Under the pieces are notes generated by a model. The model did no database searches. It saw only the letters and a list, made by a program, of their open reading frames with translations, and was not told where the DNA came from. DNA of 64,000 nt from an uncultured Erysipelotrichaceae bacterium (GTDB lineage: Bacteria > Bacillota_I > Bacilli_A > RF39 > UBA660). A program made the position numbers and the translations under genes. Of the stretch, positions 20,290-30,067 are shown piece after piece. Location: NCBI GenBank assembly GCA_902801525.1, contig CADCIN010000003.1, positions 20,096 through 84,095 on the forward strand. The letters run 5' to 3'. Within the stretch, counting starts at the first letter, position 1, and every line of letters starts with the position of its first letter.

Positions 20290-20846
20290 TTATTTTAATA
20301 AAATTAATAAGAAAACATCAAGTCCAAGTACAATTAAAATTATTATAGATAATATCTTTGTTTTTTTATTGCCTAATTTATTACATATCTTTTCAAATAA
20401 GGGCTGCAATAAGTATAAAAATAATACTCCTCCAAGGCCAAATCTGATTGATGGTGACAAAGCTATTCTAGCTTGAAAATTAATCTTATAATCAGCATAT
20501 GTTTGCCAAGGCCATGATCCAGAAATAAATTCAGAGATATACGAAGTAATTAATTCAAGCAAAGTTGCAGAAAACATACACCCCAAAAATACTAGAGGTA
20601 AATATAAAAGTCTTTATTTCCTTTAGTATTTTTTATTAAAGGATATATAAAAAATAAAAATATTAAAGCTCCAAAACCATATACAGGAAACCAAGGACCA
20701 AATAAAACTCCTCTATTAGAAAAACCTCATCTATAGACAACAACTTCAAGAAACACTTCATAAAGCCATCCAATCACACAATATAAAAAGAAATACACAA
20801 CATAATTAAAAAAACTATCTTTACAAAAATTATTACATTTTTTCAT
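20290..20846 (-). pseudogene. DUF1113 / 'ABC-transporter type IV' family membrane protein, disrupted
   Basis: RBS plus ATG at 20846 gives MKKCNNFCKDSFFNYVVYFFLYCVIGWLYEVF..., then an in-frame TGA (20727-20729). GFSNRGVLFGPWFPVYGFGA follows, then a frameshift near 20605-20625 leads into ORF 20290-20586. Confidence 0.6.
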
Positions 20847-21070
20847 AAAATAAACTCCTAACATATAAACAAATTATTACATAAATAACAAAAAATTATA
20901 TAAATCATTCTACTTATTATCACTATCTTAAAATAATTATACAATCTTTTTTACAACATTTCTATATAAGGTTTTAGTTTTCTCATAAACATGTTAATTT
21001 CTACTTAAATATATTTTTTTCAATTATTATAAACTTTTGATACAATACCACATCTTCTTTTTATATATTT

Positions 21071-21370
21071 TTAAGCATCAGTCCATAATTCATCATCGTT
21101 AAATATAATATTTGAAGGATAAGTGTGAACATCAGCTATTATAGTATTTGAAGGCAAAATTTTAATATTCACTTCAAGTTCATCACTAAATTTTTCATTA
21201 CCAGGTCCTACGCTGTAATCAAGCTGATTTCTAGAACCCTCTCTCATATTTTCATAATCTTCAACTACATTCATTTTATCAAAATAGATTAAATTTTCAC
21301 TTATTTTTTCCATAAAAAGCAGGATTTTACTCCTACTTAAATGCCTGTTTTTGTTAAATATTGTGATCAA
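21071..21370 (-). CDS. hypothetical protein
   Basis: 99-aa ORF with an uncertain start (an internal MEKISENL is possible). Confidence 0.35.
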   Translation of the reverse strand: MITIFNKNRHLSRSKILLFMEKISENLIYFDKMNVVEDYENMREGSRNQLDYSVGPGNEKFSDELEVNIKILPSNTIIADVHTYPSNIIFNDDELWTDA

Positions 21371-21393
21371 ATAAAAAAATGATATTTTTCATA

Positions 21394-21762
21394 TCACTTA
21401 TTAACTTCTCTAGCAATCCAAGTCATTAAAATGTATACTATATAATTTATTTCATTTTCACTTAATTCTCTTTTCTTTGGAATATGATGTATTTTTTCTA
21501 GACATCCTCTACAACAACACCCACAAGCATGTTGAGCTATAAATACTGGATGAACTTGTCTCATAGGAGTCTGCTTTCCATCATTTAATATAGTTGCAGG
21601 TCCAAGTCTATTTCTAATTAATTCAAAAGCATCAGATTCTAATTTTCTATAACCTTTTTCTTTAGCATAGTTTTTCATTTTACTATTCAAATGAAAAGAA
21701 CCTCTAAATTTGGATCTAGATAAACTATCTAATAAATTATTTACATATTCTTTATTTTTCAT
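21394..21762 (-). CDS. DUF4186 domain protein
   Basis: FHLNSKM ... HPVFIAQHACGCCCRGCLEKIH motif. ATG at 21762 follows GGGGTG. Confidence 0.65.
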   Translation of the reverse strand: MKNKEYVNNLLDSLSRSKFRGSFHLNSKMKNYAKEKGYRKLESDAFELIRNRLGPATILNDGKQTPMRQVHPVFIAQHACGCCCRGCLEKIHHIPKKRELSENEINYIVYILMTWIAREVNK

Positions 21763-21806
21763 AATACACCCCAAATATACTAAAAAAGAATTATCAAAGA
21801 TAATTC

Positions 21807-22586
21807 TTAATCATCCGAATAAAGATCATGAATTTGTACTGCAGAATTCCAACAAGCATCGAAATCAAAAGTATAACCTGCAAGACTAATAGTAAATTGA
21901 ATAATAAATTGTAATAAGAAAACAATCATAAGTGCAATTGCAATATTTAAAAATTTCTTTCCATCTGTTGATTTTTTATCATCTGGATTAATAACTGCTT
22001 TAAATAGATAAATAGTAAAAGCAAATATTGCTAAAATAGGACTAATTATCTTTATTATAGTCATAATAATTTTAACAATATATAAAATTTCTGCCAAAGC
22101 ATAATCACTACATGCTTCAGTTTCAATTTCCTTTAATAACACAGAAGGTTGTGAAGAAAGAGGAACAGCTTCATTTAAACCATTTTTTTTAAAATATATA
22201 CTAAATGTAGATGCACAAGAATTACCATCATTAGTAGTATTTTTTAAATATATATTATTTGGACATATATGAGCATTAGCTATCTGATTAGAATTAAACC
22301 AACTTGCACAACTAGCCAAGTCATAACCATCAAACTTATATGACATATTTCCACCAGAAGAACAAGCAGTTGGAAAAACTTCACTTGTGCTCACACTTAC
22401 ATTTGGGCATTCTTTAACATTATCATCATATACAAACTGTATTGATATTTTTTGCTTCATATCTAACCCAGCCTGATTAGTATCATATTCACAATTCAAT
22501 GTAGTTTTTGCAAAAACATTATTAGGAATTAAAAATATACTAATAACTAATATAAAAGTTATAATAAAAGAAAATTTCTTTTTCAT
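21807..22586 (-). CDS. secreted Cys-rich protein with C-terminal double TM anchor
   Basis: Signal peptide (VFAKTT), many Cys residues in the ectodomain and two C-terminal hydrophobic helices. Confidence 0.55.
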   Translation of the reverse strand: MKKKFSFIITFILVISIFLIPNNVFAKTTLNCEYDTNQAGLDMKQKISIQFVYDDNVKECPNVSVSTSEVFPTACSSGGNMSYKFDGYDLASCASWFNSNQIANAHICPNNIYLKNTTNDGNSCASTFSIYFKKNGLNEAVPLSSQPSVLLKEIETEACSDYALAEILYIVKIIMTIIKIISPILAIFAFTIYLFKAVINPDDKKSTDGKKFLNIAIALMIVFLLQFIIQFTISLAGYTFDFDACWNSAVQIHDLYSDD

Positions 22587-22628
22587 ATAATATCACCATT
22601 CTAAATATAACATAATAATTAAGAAATA

Positions 22629-23627
22629 TCAATTAGAAAACCAATAAGTTGGCATAAGTCTAAGCCCATGTTTACCACCACCAACAGGTTTATTTATTAT
22701 TTTTCCATTAATAACAAGTTCACTAGAACTACCACCATCTAAATTAGATGCATTATACGCACCATATTTATATAGAATATCTCTCACATCACTCATACTA
22801 GCACCAATACTAGAAGGAATTCTACCATTAATAACTAAAAATAAAACAATTCCATCTTTTCTTTGACCAATGGCAGTTCTAGGAGCTATACCCCATCCAC
22901 CATTACCAACTATTTTAACTTTTTTATGATTAACAATTAGAAAAGGACCAAATTCAACTGCATCTCTATAACCACTATTTAAAGCATCAAGACAGCCAAG
23001 ATTTCTCTTAAGAACTAATTTATTATCATTATTAAATCCAATAAATCCACCATTATCAATTGAAGATTTATAATCACTTAAAATTTTATTATTCTTGATA
23101 ACACAACCATGAGGAATAGCTCCATTCGAGTTCCAACCAGGATCAAAATAACCAACAGAATTCATAATTACTTTAGCTTTATTTCTTTTAGACACAGACA
23201 AAATACTCTCACCAGAAGTTAAAAAATTATTACTAATTGCAAGTTTAACATGAGAAGGATCATAAATACTAACCAAATAACCATTAAATGAACCTTCATT
23301 AATATTTATTAGTTTATATTTTTTATTTTTACTTTTCAAAATAGTTCTTTCATACTTATTACTATAAATACCTTCATTTAAACTAACTTTATTATTAGTA
23401 TCTATTAAATCAAGATTTGTATCCTCATTATTAGAAATAATATAATTATTATTATAAACTTTGTTAATATCATCTTCACTATATAATAAATAAGCCAAAT
23501 ATTTATGAGACTTAGATTTCATCGCAGAAGTTATCCAAAAATTTCTAAAAAAATTAAAAGGTCCATATAATATGAAAAGAATAATAATTAATAATGCTAA
23601 AATAATTTTAAAAATCTTTTTCTTCAT
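22629..23627 (-). CDS. phosphodiester glycosidase (NAGPA/DUF2233) family protein
   Basis: N-terminal TM anchor, RTAIGQRKDG and ASNLDGGSSS motifs. Confidence 0.75.
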   Translation of the reverse strand: MKKKIFKIILALLIIILFILYGPFNFFRNFWITSAMKSKSHKYLAYLLYSEDDINKVYNNNYIISNNEDTNLDLIDTNNKVSLNEGIYSNKYERTILKSKNKKYKLININEGSFNGYLVSIYDPSHVKLAISNNFLTSGESILSVSKRNKAKVIMNSVGYFDPGWNSNGAIPHGCVIKNNKILSDYKSSIDNGGFIGFNNDNKLVLKRNLGCLDALNSGYRDAVEFGPFLIVNHKKVKIVGNGGWGIAPRTAIGQRKDGIVLFLVINGRIPSSIGASMSDVRDILYKYGAYNASNLDGGSSSELVINGKIINKPVGGGKHGLRLMPTYWFSN

Positions 23628-23635
23628 AAACTAAA

Positions 23636-24205
23636 CTATTTAGCAATTAAAAATATAATTAAAACGATTAAAAGTAATAAAATAACATTAAACAAAATCT
23701 TATATTTATTATACCAACTAATATGATTGTCATCTAAAATATAATCATCTAATGTTTTAATGAATTCTTTTGTATGTGATTTATATTCTTTAGGTTTAAA
23801 TTTTTTCACATCTTTTAATACATCTTCTATTTTATTAAAATTCTTAAGTTCTAATATATATCTTTCTTTTACAAATTCCCTAATTACTTGTTTTTGATGA
23901 TCATTTTCATGTTCATCATATTTTTTAAGTCTTGCAGCAGCAATAACCTTCTTATTATATTTTAAACCTTCTAATATAGATCCAACTCCACCATGTGTAA
24001 TTAATAAATCACAAGACTTTATCATTTCACTAAATTTAGAAGAAGATATTAAATCAAATATTTCCATATTATCAGAACTATATTTAGTTGAACCTGCTTG
24101 TACAATTACTTTATCTTTAATAATACCTTTATCAATAGCATTATCTATAGCTTTAAGTAATCTAGTAAATTGCTTATCTTGTGTTCCTAAAGTAACTAAT
24201 ATCAT
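23636..24205 (-). CDS. PssE/Cps14G-like (Alg13-type) glycosyltransferase subunit
   Basis: MILVTLGTQ ... THGGVGS motifs. ATG at 24205 follows GGAGGG. Confidence 0.75.
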   Translation of the reverse strand: MILVTLGTQDKQFTRLLKAIDNAIDKGIIKDKVIVQAGSTKYSSDNMEIFDLISSSKFSEMIKSCDLLITHGGVGSILEGLKYNKKVIAAARLKKYDEHENDHQKQVIREFVKERYILELKNFNKIEDVLKDVKKFKPKEYKSHTKEFIKTLDDYILDDNHISWYNKYKILFNVILLLLIVLIIFLIAK

Positions 24206-24215
24206 AAACCCTCCA

Positions 24216-24689
24216 TTAATAAATAAATCCATTATAATGAGCTTTTGGATAAACTTTTAACATACCCTTCCACTGAACAATAAATAAATCAGCAACTGGA
24301 TAAATAAGCCTGCCAGTAATTGTCTTTGTATCTACATTTGCAAAACTTTCAATAAAAATAATTCTACTTCCAAAAAGTTTGCCAATTAAACACATAGGTC
24401 CAGCAGTATGTGCACCTGTAGTAATTATATAATCAGGATGTATTTTAAAATATAAATATAAACTTTTAAAACAGTTATATAATCCCTTAAAAGGATAAGA
24501 AATCATATGATGTTTAGTACCATATACTAAGAAAAATACTCTATTTAAATATTTATTTTTGAGATATAAATTAGACTTAGTCTTTTCAGTTACTATATAA
24601 TAATCATATTTTTTAAACATATCTTTCAAATTCATCATTTCAGATAGATGACCACCTGTTGAAGAAATAAATAAAACACGACTTTTCAT
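24216..24689 (-). CDS. PssD/Cps14F-like (Alg14-type) glycosyltransferase subunit
   Basis: FISSTGGHLSEM motif, paired with the Alg13-like gene downstream. Confidence 0.75.
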   Translation of the reverse strand: MKSRVLFISSTGGHLSEMMNLKDMFKKYDYYIVTEKTKSNLYLKNKYLNRVFFLVYGTKHHMISYPFKGLYNCFKSLYLYFKIHPDYIITTGAHTAGPMCLIGKLFGSRIIFIESFANVDTKTITGRLIYPVADLFIVQWKGMLKVYPKAHYNGFIY

Positions 24690-24693
24690 AAAA

Positions 24694-25839
24694 TCACTTC
24701 TTTCCAACTAAATCAAACCAATACTCTTTCACAATATCACTAGTATATTTTTTAGATTCTTTTCTAGCTTCTTTTCCTATTTCTTTTCTTTTTTCTTCAT
24801 TTTTCATAAGATCTTTTAACTTTTTAATAAATGCATTGTAACTTCTATTTTTAATTAAATAACCATTCTTGCCACTTGAAATTAATTCTCTTGCTCCCTC
24901 AGCAGATGAAAATGCAATACAAGGAAGTCCATGACTCATTGCTTCTATTAATACAATTCCAAATGATTCAGTAAAAGAAGTCATAACATATATACTTGAC
25001 TTATTTAAATATTTATCAATATATTCTTTATTTTGAAATCCATGTAATGTGACATTATTTTCTAATTTATGTTTCTTAATAAAATTAACTAATTTATTTT
25101 TTTCTTTACCATCACCAATAATATCAAGTTTCCAATCAGGATAATCTCTAATTAATAAATTATATATTTTTAATAAGTCAAGAAAACCCTTTTCTTCAGA
25201 TAATCTACCAACAGATATAATTCTTTTCTCAGTAAGTGTTGATAATCTCTTAGGTATAGAATCAACTATATTTGGAATATAAACGCATTTACACTTTGAT
25301 TTTTTAAGTTCTAATTCTTTACTATAAAATTTCTTTAATTGCTTTGAGACAAGTACTAAGTAATCTAAATTATTACATGATCTAGTAATTTTTCTGGCAT
25401 ATGCAAAATCATCATGATAATGATTATGTTCCCAACCTATTTTAAATACATCATCACTTCCATATTCACCAAGCCATTCGTCAAATATATCACGACTTGA
25501 AATAATTATATTAGAATCAGTATTTTTAATATAATTAACCATAGTTTTCTTTCTAAGCCTTAAAATCTTATAACTCTTAAGTCCCTCTTTAAAAACAGAT
25601 AAGAATTTCTTATTATGCATTGCAGATTTAAACTCATCTCTATTAGGTACTAAATCTTCTATTAAATATTTAACTTTTACTTTTTCATTAATTTCAAATA
25701 CAGGTTTATCAAATAATTTATATGAGCATGCTATTTCTACTTCATATTTTTCACTTAAAACATTTGCAAGTGCAACAATCGATTTTTCAATACCGCCATA
25801 TCCTAAATGCAATGCTAAAATTGATATTTTTTTCATCAA
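24694..25839 (-). CDS. family 4 (GT-B) glycosyltransferase
   Basis: C-terminal SFTESFGIVLIEAMSHGLPCIA (EX7E-type) motif. Confidence 0.85.
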   Translation of the reverse strand: MMKKISILALHLGYGGIEKSIVALANVLSEKYEVEIACSYKLFDKPVFEINEKVKVKYLIEDLVPNRDEFKSAMHNKKFLSVFKEGLKSYKILRLRKKTMVNYIKNTDSNIIISSRDIFDEWLGEYGSDDVFKIGWEHNHYHDDFAYARKITRSCNNLDYLVLVSKQLKKFYSKELELKKSKCKCVYIPNIVDSIPKRLSTLTEKRIISVGRLSEEKGFLDLLKIYNLLIRDYPDWKLDIIGDGKEKNKLVNFIKKHKLENNVTLHGFQNKEYIDKYLNKSSIYVMTSFTESFGIVLIEAMSHGLPCIAFSSAEGARELISSGKNGYLIKNRSYNAFIKKLKDLMKNEEKRKEIGKEARKESKKYTSDIVKEYWFDLVGKK

Positions 25840-25899
25840 ATCACCCTAAATTCATTATAACATCAAGCTATTATTAAATAAAGAAAAAAGAAGTCTATT

Positions 25900-26655
25900 T
25901 TAAAAAACTTCTAATTCATCTTCAGAATGATCGTCTGAATTTAATTTATCATCCTTATTTTCCAATTCATTTGAAACATCATCTGAAACAATATTAATAT
26001 CTTTATCTATATTATTTGAAGCAATAATGCCATCATTTAAACTATTATCTTTTATTTCTTCATCATTTGTCTTATCATCTTGTTTATTATCATTCTTATT
26101 AACTAATTCATTATTCTCTAAATCATTATATTCTATTTCATATGTATAACTATTCTTAGATTTGTTATTACTAAATACATATATTTTAATAGCAGAAAAT
26201 ATAACTGCTAATATAGTTAATAAAGAAAGCCCTATATAACTTACACTAAATTTAAATAAATAACCTATAAATGGAATTTTAAAATCAGATACATATCCAA
26301 GATAATCTCCCTCTTCAACATAATAAGATTTATTATTATTGTCAAGACTAACATTTGCAGATATTTGAGAACTTCTTAATCTACCAATATCAGTTATTGT
26401 ACCAAATAGAACCTTACCATCATAAAGAAAGCTGATATTCATACCTTGTTTTAAAGAACTAAACTTATCGTTGCTTATCAAAACAAGATCTCCACGATTA
26501 ATACCATTACTAGAATATTTAGCATCAGAAAAAACAATAGAGTTTGACCCAAAAGATATAATATTTCTATCATTTAATAATAGTATAAATACTAAATTGA
26601 TTAAAAAAAACATAATAAAAATAGCAAAAAATAAATTAAATAAAATCTTTTTCAT
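25900..26655 (-). CDS. membrane-anchored protein with acidic low-complexity tail
   Basis: N-terminal TM, a central TM and a D/E/N-rich C-terminus. I recognise no domain. Confidence 0.5.
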   Translation of the reverse strand: MKKILFNLFFAIFIMFFLINLVFILLLNDRNIISFGSNSIVFSDAKYSSNGINRGDLVLISNDKFSSLKQGMNISFLYDGKVLFGTITDIGRLRSSQISANVSLDNNNKSYYVEEGDYLGYVSDFKIPFIGYLFKFSVSYIGLSLLTILAVIFSAIKIYVFSNNKSKNSYTYEIEYNDLENNELVNKNDNKQDDKTNDEEIKDNSLNDGIIASNNIDKDINIVSDDVSNELENKDDKLNSDDHSEDELEVF

Positions 26656-26698
26656 AAACTTTCCTCTTCTATAATAAAAAAAGCATTAGTAGCTTTTT

Positions 26699-27784
26699 TT
26701 AAATTACATTATTATCATCAATTGCACTAATAACAGGAACACCATTTGTAACAGGTGCATTATTAACTGGTACACTTTGAATAGATGGTACTGAATTAAC
26801 AGAATTTACATTATTAGAATCTTGAATAACAGGAATGGATACTGAATCACTTACATTTGAAATTGTTGGAACAGATTCAATAGTTGGAACACTGTTAACA
26901 GGATTATTTTGAACTGGTACACTATTAATATTTGCTGCACTATTTTGTACAGGAGTATTAAAAGTATTTTGAATTGGAATTGATTGTGTATTTTCTAAAG
27001 GATTTGCTCCTCCATAAATTGCATGATGTTCAGGTTGAACATTAATTTTAGGAACATCTAAACTAGCACCACCATATGGTTGAGAAGCAGCAGGAACACT
27101 TACTGGAACTATAGGTTCAGGAGTAACTAGTGTACTTGGAGTTACAGGACCAGCAGCAATTGAAGCATCAATAATAGGACTAACTGGTGTTTCAGAAATT
27201 ACTGGACTATCTATAATAGGACTAACTGGTGTAGTATCAGAAACTACTGGACTATCTATTACAGGACTAACAGTTGTAGTATCAGAAATTACTGGACTAT
27301 CTGCAATAGGACTGACAGGCATTGATGGAATAGCAGAATTATCTGAAATAACAGGAGCACTTATATCCTGAATAGCTGGTTCAGGAAAACTTTGAGAAAC
27401 AGTCATAGAAGGTTGAACTTCAGGCTCAATAGCAGGGCTTGTAAAAACATTATTAACTGGTGTTTCAGAAACAGGAGTATCATTAACACTTCCTCCGGTT
27501 AAAGCAGGACTACTTAGTCCATTACTAGCATCATCAACCATATCTTGCGAAACATTGTTTGTTTGTGCACTAGTAGAAGGTTGAACTTCAGTCTGTACAG
27601 TACTAACTTCATTATTTTCACTATTTACCGCAGAAACTTCACTTGATTCTGAAACAGTATTTTGATTCTTTTTACCTTTCTTTCCAGAAACAATTAAAAT
27701 TATTAATGCAACTATTAATAATAAAACTCCACCAGTAATTAACATACCAGGTATTGTTAAAAACCAACTTAAATCAAAATTCAT
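26699..27784 (-). CDS. N-terminally anchored Pro/Ser/Val-rich repeat (mucin-like) surface protein
   Basis: TM helix plus a KKGKK stop-transfer signal, followed by about 300 aa of low-complexity P/S/V/T/N sequence with DSPVISDTTPVSPII repeats. Confidence 0.6.
   Translation of the reverse strand: MNFDLSWFLTIPGMLITGGVLLLIVALIILIVSGKKGKKNQNTVSESSEVSAVNSENNEVSTVQTEVQPSTSAQTNNVSQDMVDDASNGLSSPALTGGSVNDTPVSETPVNNVFTSPAIEPEVQPSMTVSQSFPEPAIQDISAPVISDNSAIPSMPVSPIADSPVISDTTTVSPVIDSPVVSDTTPVSPIIDSPVISETPVSPIIDASIAAGPVTPSTLVTPEPIVPVSVPAASQPYGGASLDVPKINVQPEHHAIYGGANPLENTQSIPIQNTFNTPVQNSAANINSVPVQNNPVNSVPTIESVPTISNVSDSVSIPVIQDSNNVNSVNSVPSIQSVPVNNAPVTNGVPVISAIDDNNVI
27170..27320. repeat. about 45-bp in-frame tandem repeats (about 3 copies) inside CDS 26699-27784
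   Basis: Recurring actggactatct(a/g)(t/c)aataggact(a/g)ac(t/a)gg units that encode DSPV(I/V)SDTTxVSP(V/I)I. Confidence 0.6.
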
Positions 27785-27874
27785 ATATATCTACTCCCTC
27801 TTTATTATAAATCTAATAATATAATAGCAAAAAAAAAAATTAAATGCAAATATTTCTGAATATTTACATCTAAT

Positions 27875-28537
27875 TTACATATTAAAATATGACCAGTAAT
27901 CAGTATGTTTTGGAAGTAATTCAAAAGACATCATTTCTTTTTTTACTGGATGCATAAATTCAAGTTTATAAGCATATAATGCAAGTTGTTTATTATCTCT
28001 TAATCCATATCGTTGATCACCACATAAAGCATGTCCTCTACTAGCAAATTGAACTCTAATCTGATGATGTCTTCCAGTTACTAAATCAATTTTAACAAGT
28101 GAAATGTTTTTTTCAATATTTTTGTCTAAAACTGTATAATTAAGTATAGATTCTTTACCATCATTTGACACAATTGTGTTACCATTATCAAGTTTTTTTA
28201 ACTTATCTTTAAAAGTTCCCATATTATCAAAATCAGTTCCATTAACAATTGCCAAATAAGTCTTCTTAAAATTTTTATGATTTTTAATATCATTAGAAAG
28301 TCTACTAGCTGCTTTACTACTTCTTGCAAATACCATAATACCACCTACTGGTCTATCAAGTCGATGAACGAGTCCAATATAAACATTACCAGGTTTATTA
28401 TATTTAACTTTTACATATTGTTTAACCATAGTAAGTAAATCTAAATCTCCTGTAGCATCTCCTTGACTTAATACATTAAATGGTTTTTCAACAACAATCA
28501 CATGATTATCTTCATACAAAACATTTAACTTATTCAT
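27875..28537 (-). CDS. RluA-family pseudouridine synthase
   Basis: HRLDRPVGG and GRHHQIR motifs. I moved the start to MNKLNVLYEDNHVIVVEKP. Confidence 0.85.
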   Translation of the reverse strand: MNKLNVLYEDNHVIVVEKPFNVLSQGDATGDLDLLTMVKQYVKVKYNKPGNVYIGLVHRLDRPVGGIMVFARSSKAASRLSNDIKNHKNFKKTYLAIVNGTDFDNMGTFKDKLKKLDNGNTIVSNDGKESILNYTVLDKNIEKNISLVKIDLVTGRHHQIRVQFASRGHALCGDQRYGLRDNKQLALYAYKLEFMHPVKKEMMSFELLPKHTDYWSYFNM

Positions 28538-29396
28538 TTTCTTCCCATCTTCCATAAATACCACAAGGTAAAACCAAATTATTTTCTTTAATTGGAAGTC
28601 CAATTTCACCACAGGAAATCTTACCTTCATATTTAATATTTAATTTTAATAAGTTTTCAAGTACTGTAGAAGAAAGACCAGCAGTATATGAATTAATTAA
28701 GAAAAATAAAGGTTTATCACTTAATAGTTGACTACAAAGTTTAATTAAATTATCTAAATCTTTTTCAATATTCCAAACCTCACCATTTGCTCCACGTCCA
28801 TAACTTGGTGGATCCATAACAATTGCATCATATTTATTACCACGTCTAATTTCTCTTTTAACAAATTTAACAACATCATCTACTAAATATCTAATATTTG
28901 CATCTTGATATCCACTGGAATTGACGTTTTCTTTACACCAATCTATCATTCCACGAGATGAATCAACATGAACAACACTAGCTCCTGCAGATAAACATGC
29001 AACAGTAGCACCACCTGTATAAGCAAATAAATTAAGAACTTTAATATCTCTTCCACTATTTTTAATTTTATTAATCATATAGTCCCAATTAATTGCCTGT
29101 TCAGGAAATAAACCAGTATGTTTAAATCCCATTTGCTTAATATGTAGTACTAAATCATTATAATTAATAGTCCATCTACTTGGAGTATTCTTTAAATTCT
29201 CCCAGTGCCCCCCACCAGTATTACTTCTATGATATACAGCATGTATTTTACCCTTATATTTATCAAGTAAATTACCATTATCCCATACTATTTGTGGATC
29301 TGGTCTAAGTAAATATATATTACCCCATCTTTCAAGTTTTTGTCCTAAACTAGCATCAATTATTTCATAATCTTTCCAAGTATTAACAACTCTCAT
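28530..29396 (-). CDS. class I SAM-dependent (RlmI/RlmK-like) RNA methyltransferase
   Basis: LNLFAYTGGATV ... HVDSS ... MDPPSYGRG motifs. Confidence 0.75.
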   Translation of the reverse strand: MRVVNTWKDYEIIDASLGQKLERWGNIYLLRPDPQIVWDNGNLLDKYKGKIHAVYHRSNTGGGHWENLKNTPSRWTINYNDLVLHIKQMGFKHTGLFPEQAINWDYMINKIKNSGRDIKVLNLFAYTGGATVACLSAGASVVHVDSSRGMIDWCKENVNSSGYQDANIRYLVDDVVKFVKREIRRGNKYDAIVMDPPSYGRGANGEVWNIEKDLDNLIKLCSQLLSDKPLFFLINSYTAGLSSTVLENLLKLNIKYEGKISCGEIGLPIKENNLVLPCGIYGRWEENE

Positions 29397-29858
29397 CTAA
29401 TCACCATCATTCTCATTATATATTAAAGCTTCATATAATAAATCAACTATATAATTACTACTTTCTAAATTATACTTATTAATTATTTTATCAATCACAT
29501 CATCTGAATATTCCATATCTAAATAATTAACAATAGACTCTTTATTATTATCAAAATATTTTAAATAATCTAAAGTATATTGATTATCAATAAATAATAA
29601 ATCATAGTCTTCAATAAATTCTTTAAATTTATCAATAATATCAAGACTATTATCTAAATAATCAAACTTATCATTGTCATAATCAGTTAATTCAAGTAAA
29701 TACTTATTATTAACTTTATCTTTATTTAGTCTATAATCAAATCTATCTAATAATTTTATTCCATCTAATTTTAATGCAGATAACTGAACAATATCTCCTT
29801 TATCTGGATCCAATGCAGTAGGAATAATTTCTAAAATTATATATTTTTTATTATCCAT
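29397..29858 (-). CDS. hypothetical protein with degenerate DEDD-exonuclease-like motifs
   Basis: ILEIIPTALDPDKGDIVQLSALKL resembles Exo I but has Leu in place of the first Asp. LLFIDNQYTLDYL resembles Exo II. Confidence 0.45.
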   Translation of the reverse strand: MDNKKYIILEIIPTALDPDKGDIVQLSALKLDGIKLLDRFDYRLNKDKVNNKYLLELTDYDNDKFDYLDNSLDIIDKFKEFIEDYDLLFIDNQYTLDYLKYFDNNKESIVNYLDMEYSDDVIDKIINKYNLESSNYIVDLLYEALIYNENDGD

Positions 29859-29900
29859 AAAATCACCTATTTGTAGTATATCATATTATTAATTAAGTCA

Positions 29901-29928
29901 AAATAAAAAAGAACTAAATAATTAGTTC
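29901..29928 (-). terminator. rho-independent terminator downstream of the ABC exporter gene
   Basis: GAACTAA-ataa-TTAGTTC stem followed, on the minus strand, by TTTTTTATTT. Confidence 0.45.
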
Positions 29929-30067
29929 AAGAATACTTAAAATGGTGCGAGTGGTTAAGTTATTTCAAACTTTTACTCACAAATTAGAAATTTTATAGTT
30001 TTATATCAATTTCTAATAATATTTTACTAAAAATTATAATTAAAATCAATTCAATTATAGATGTTTT

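Noticed and set aside
20727-20729. In-frame TGA inside a conserved membrane-protein gene, considered as a hint of genetic code 4 (TGA=Trp)
   Set aside because: TGA terminates several well-delimited genes here, for example at 22629, 39951 and 18861. The same gene also carries a frameshift. A pseudogene is the simpler explanation.
26471-26674. 67-aa plus-strand ORF
   Set aside because: It is antisense to ORF 25900-26655, and the AT-rich shadow frame shows no signals.
29943-29981. tRNA-like minihelix ending in CCA. On the minus strand it reads UGUGAGU...AAGUU-ugaaaua-AACUU...ACUCGCA-CCA. I considered it as a tRNA fragment or att duplication marking the left island end.
   Set aside because: It has no D or anticodon arm and no T-loop consensus, and 4 unpaired nt separate the stems. 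It has no sequence similarity to the 3' end of the tRNA-Leu at 43743-43829, so it is not the matching direct repeat. It is probably just 3'-UTR structure of the ABC exporter gene.
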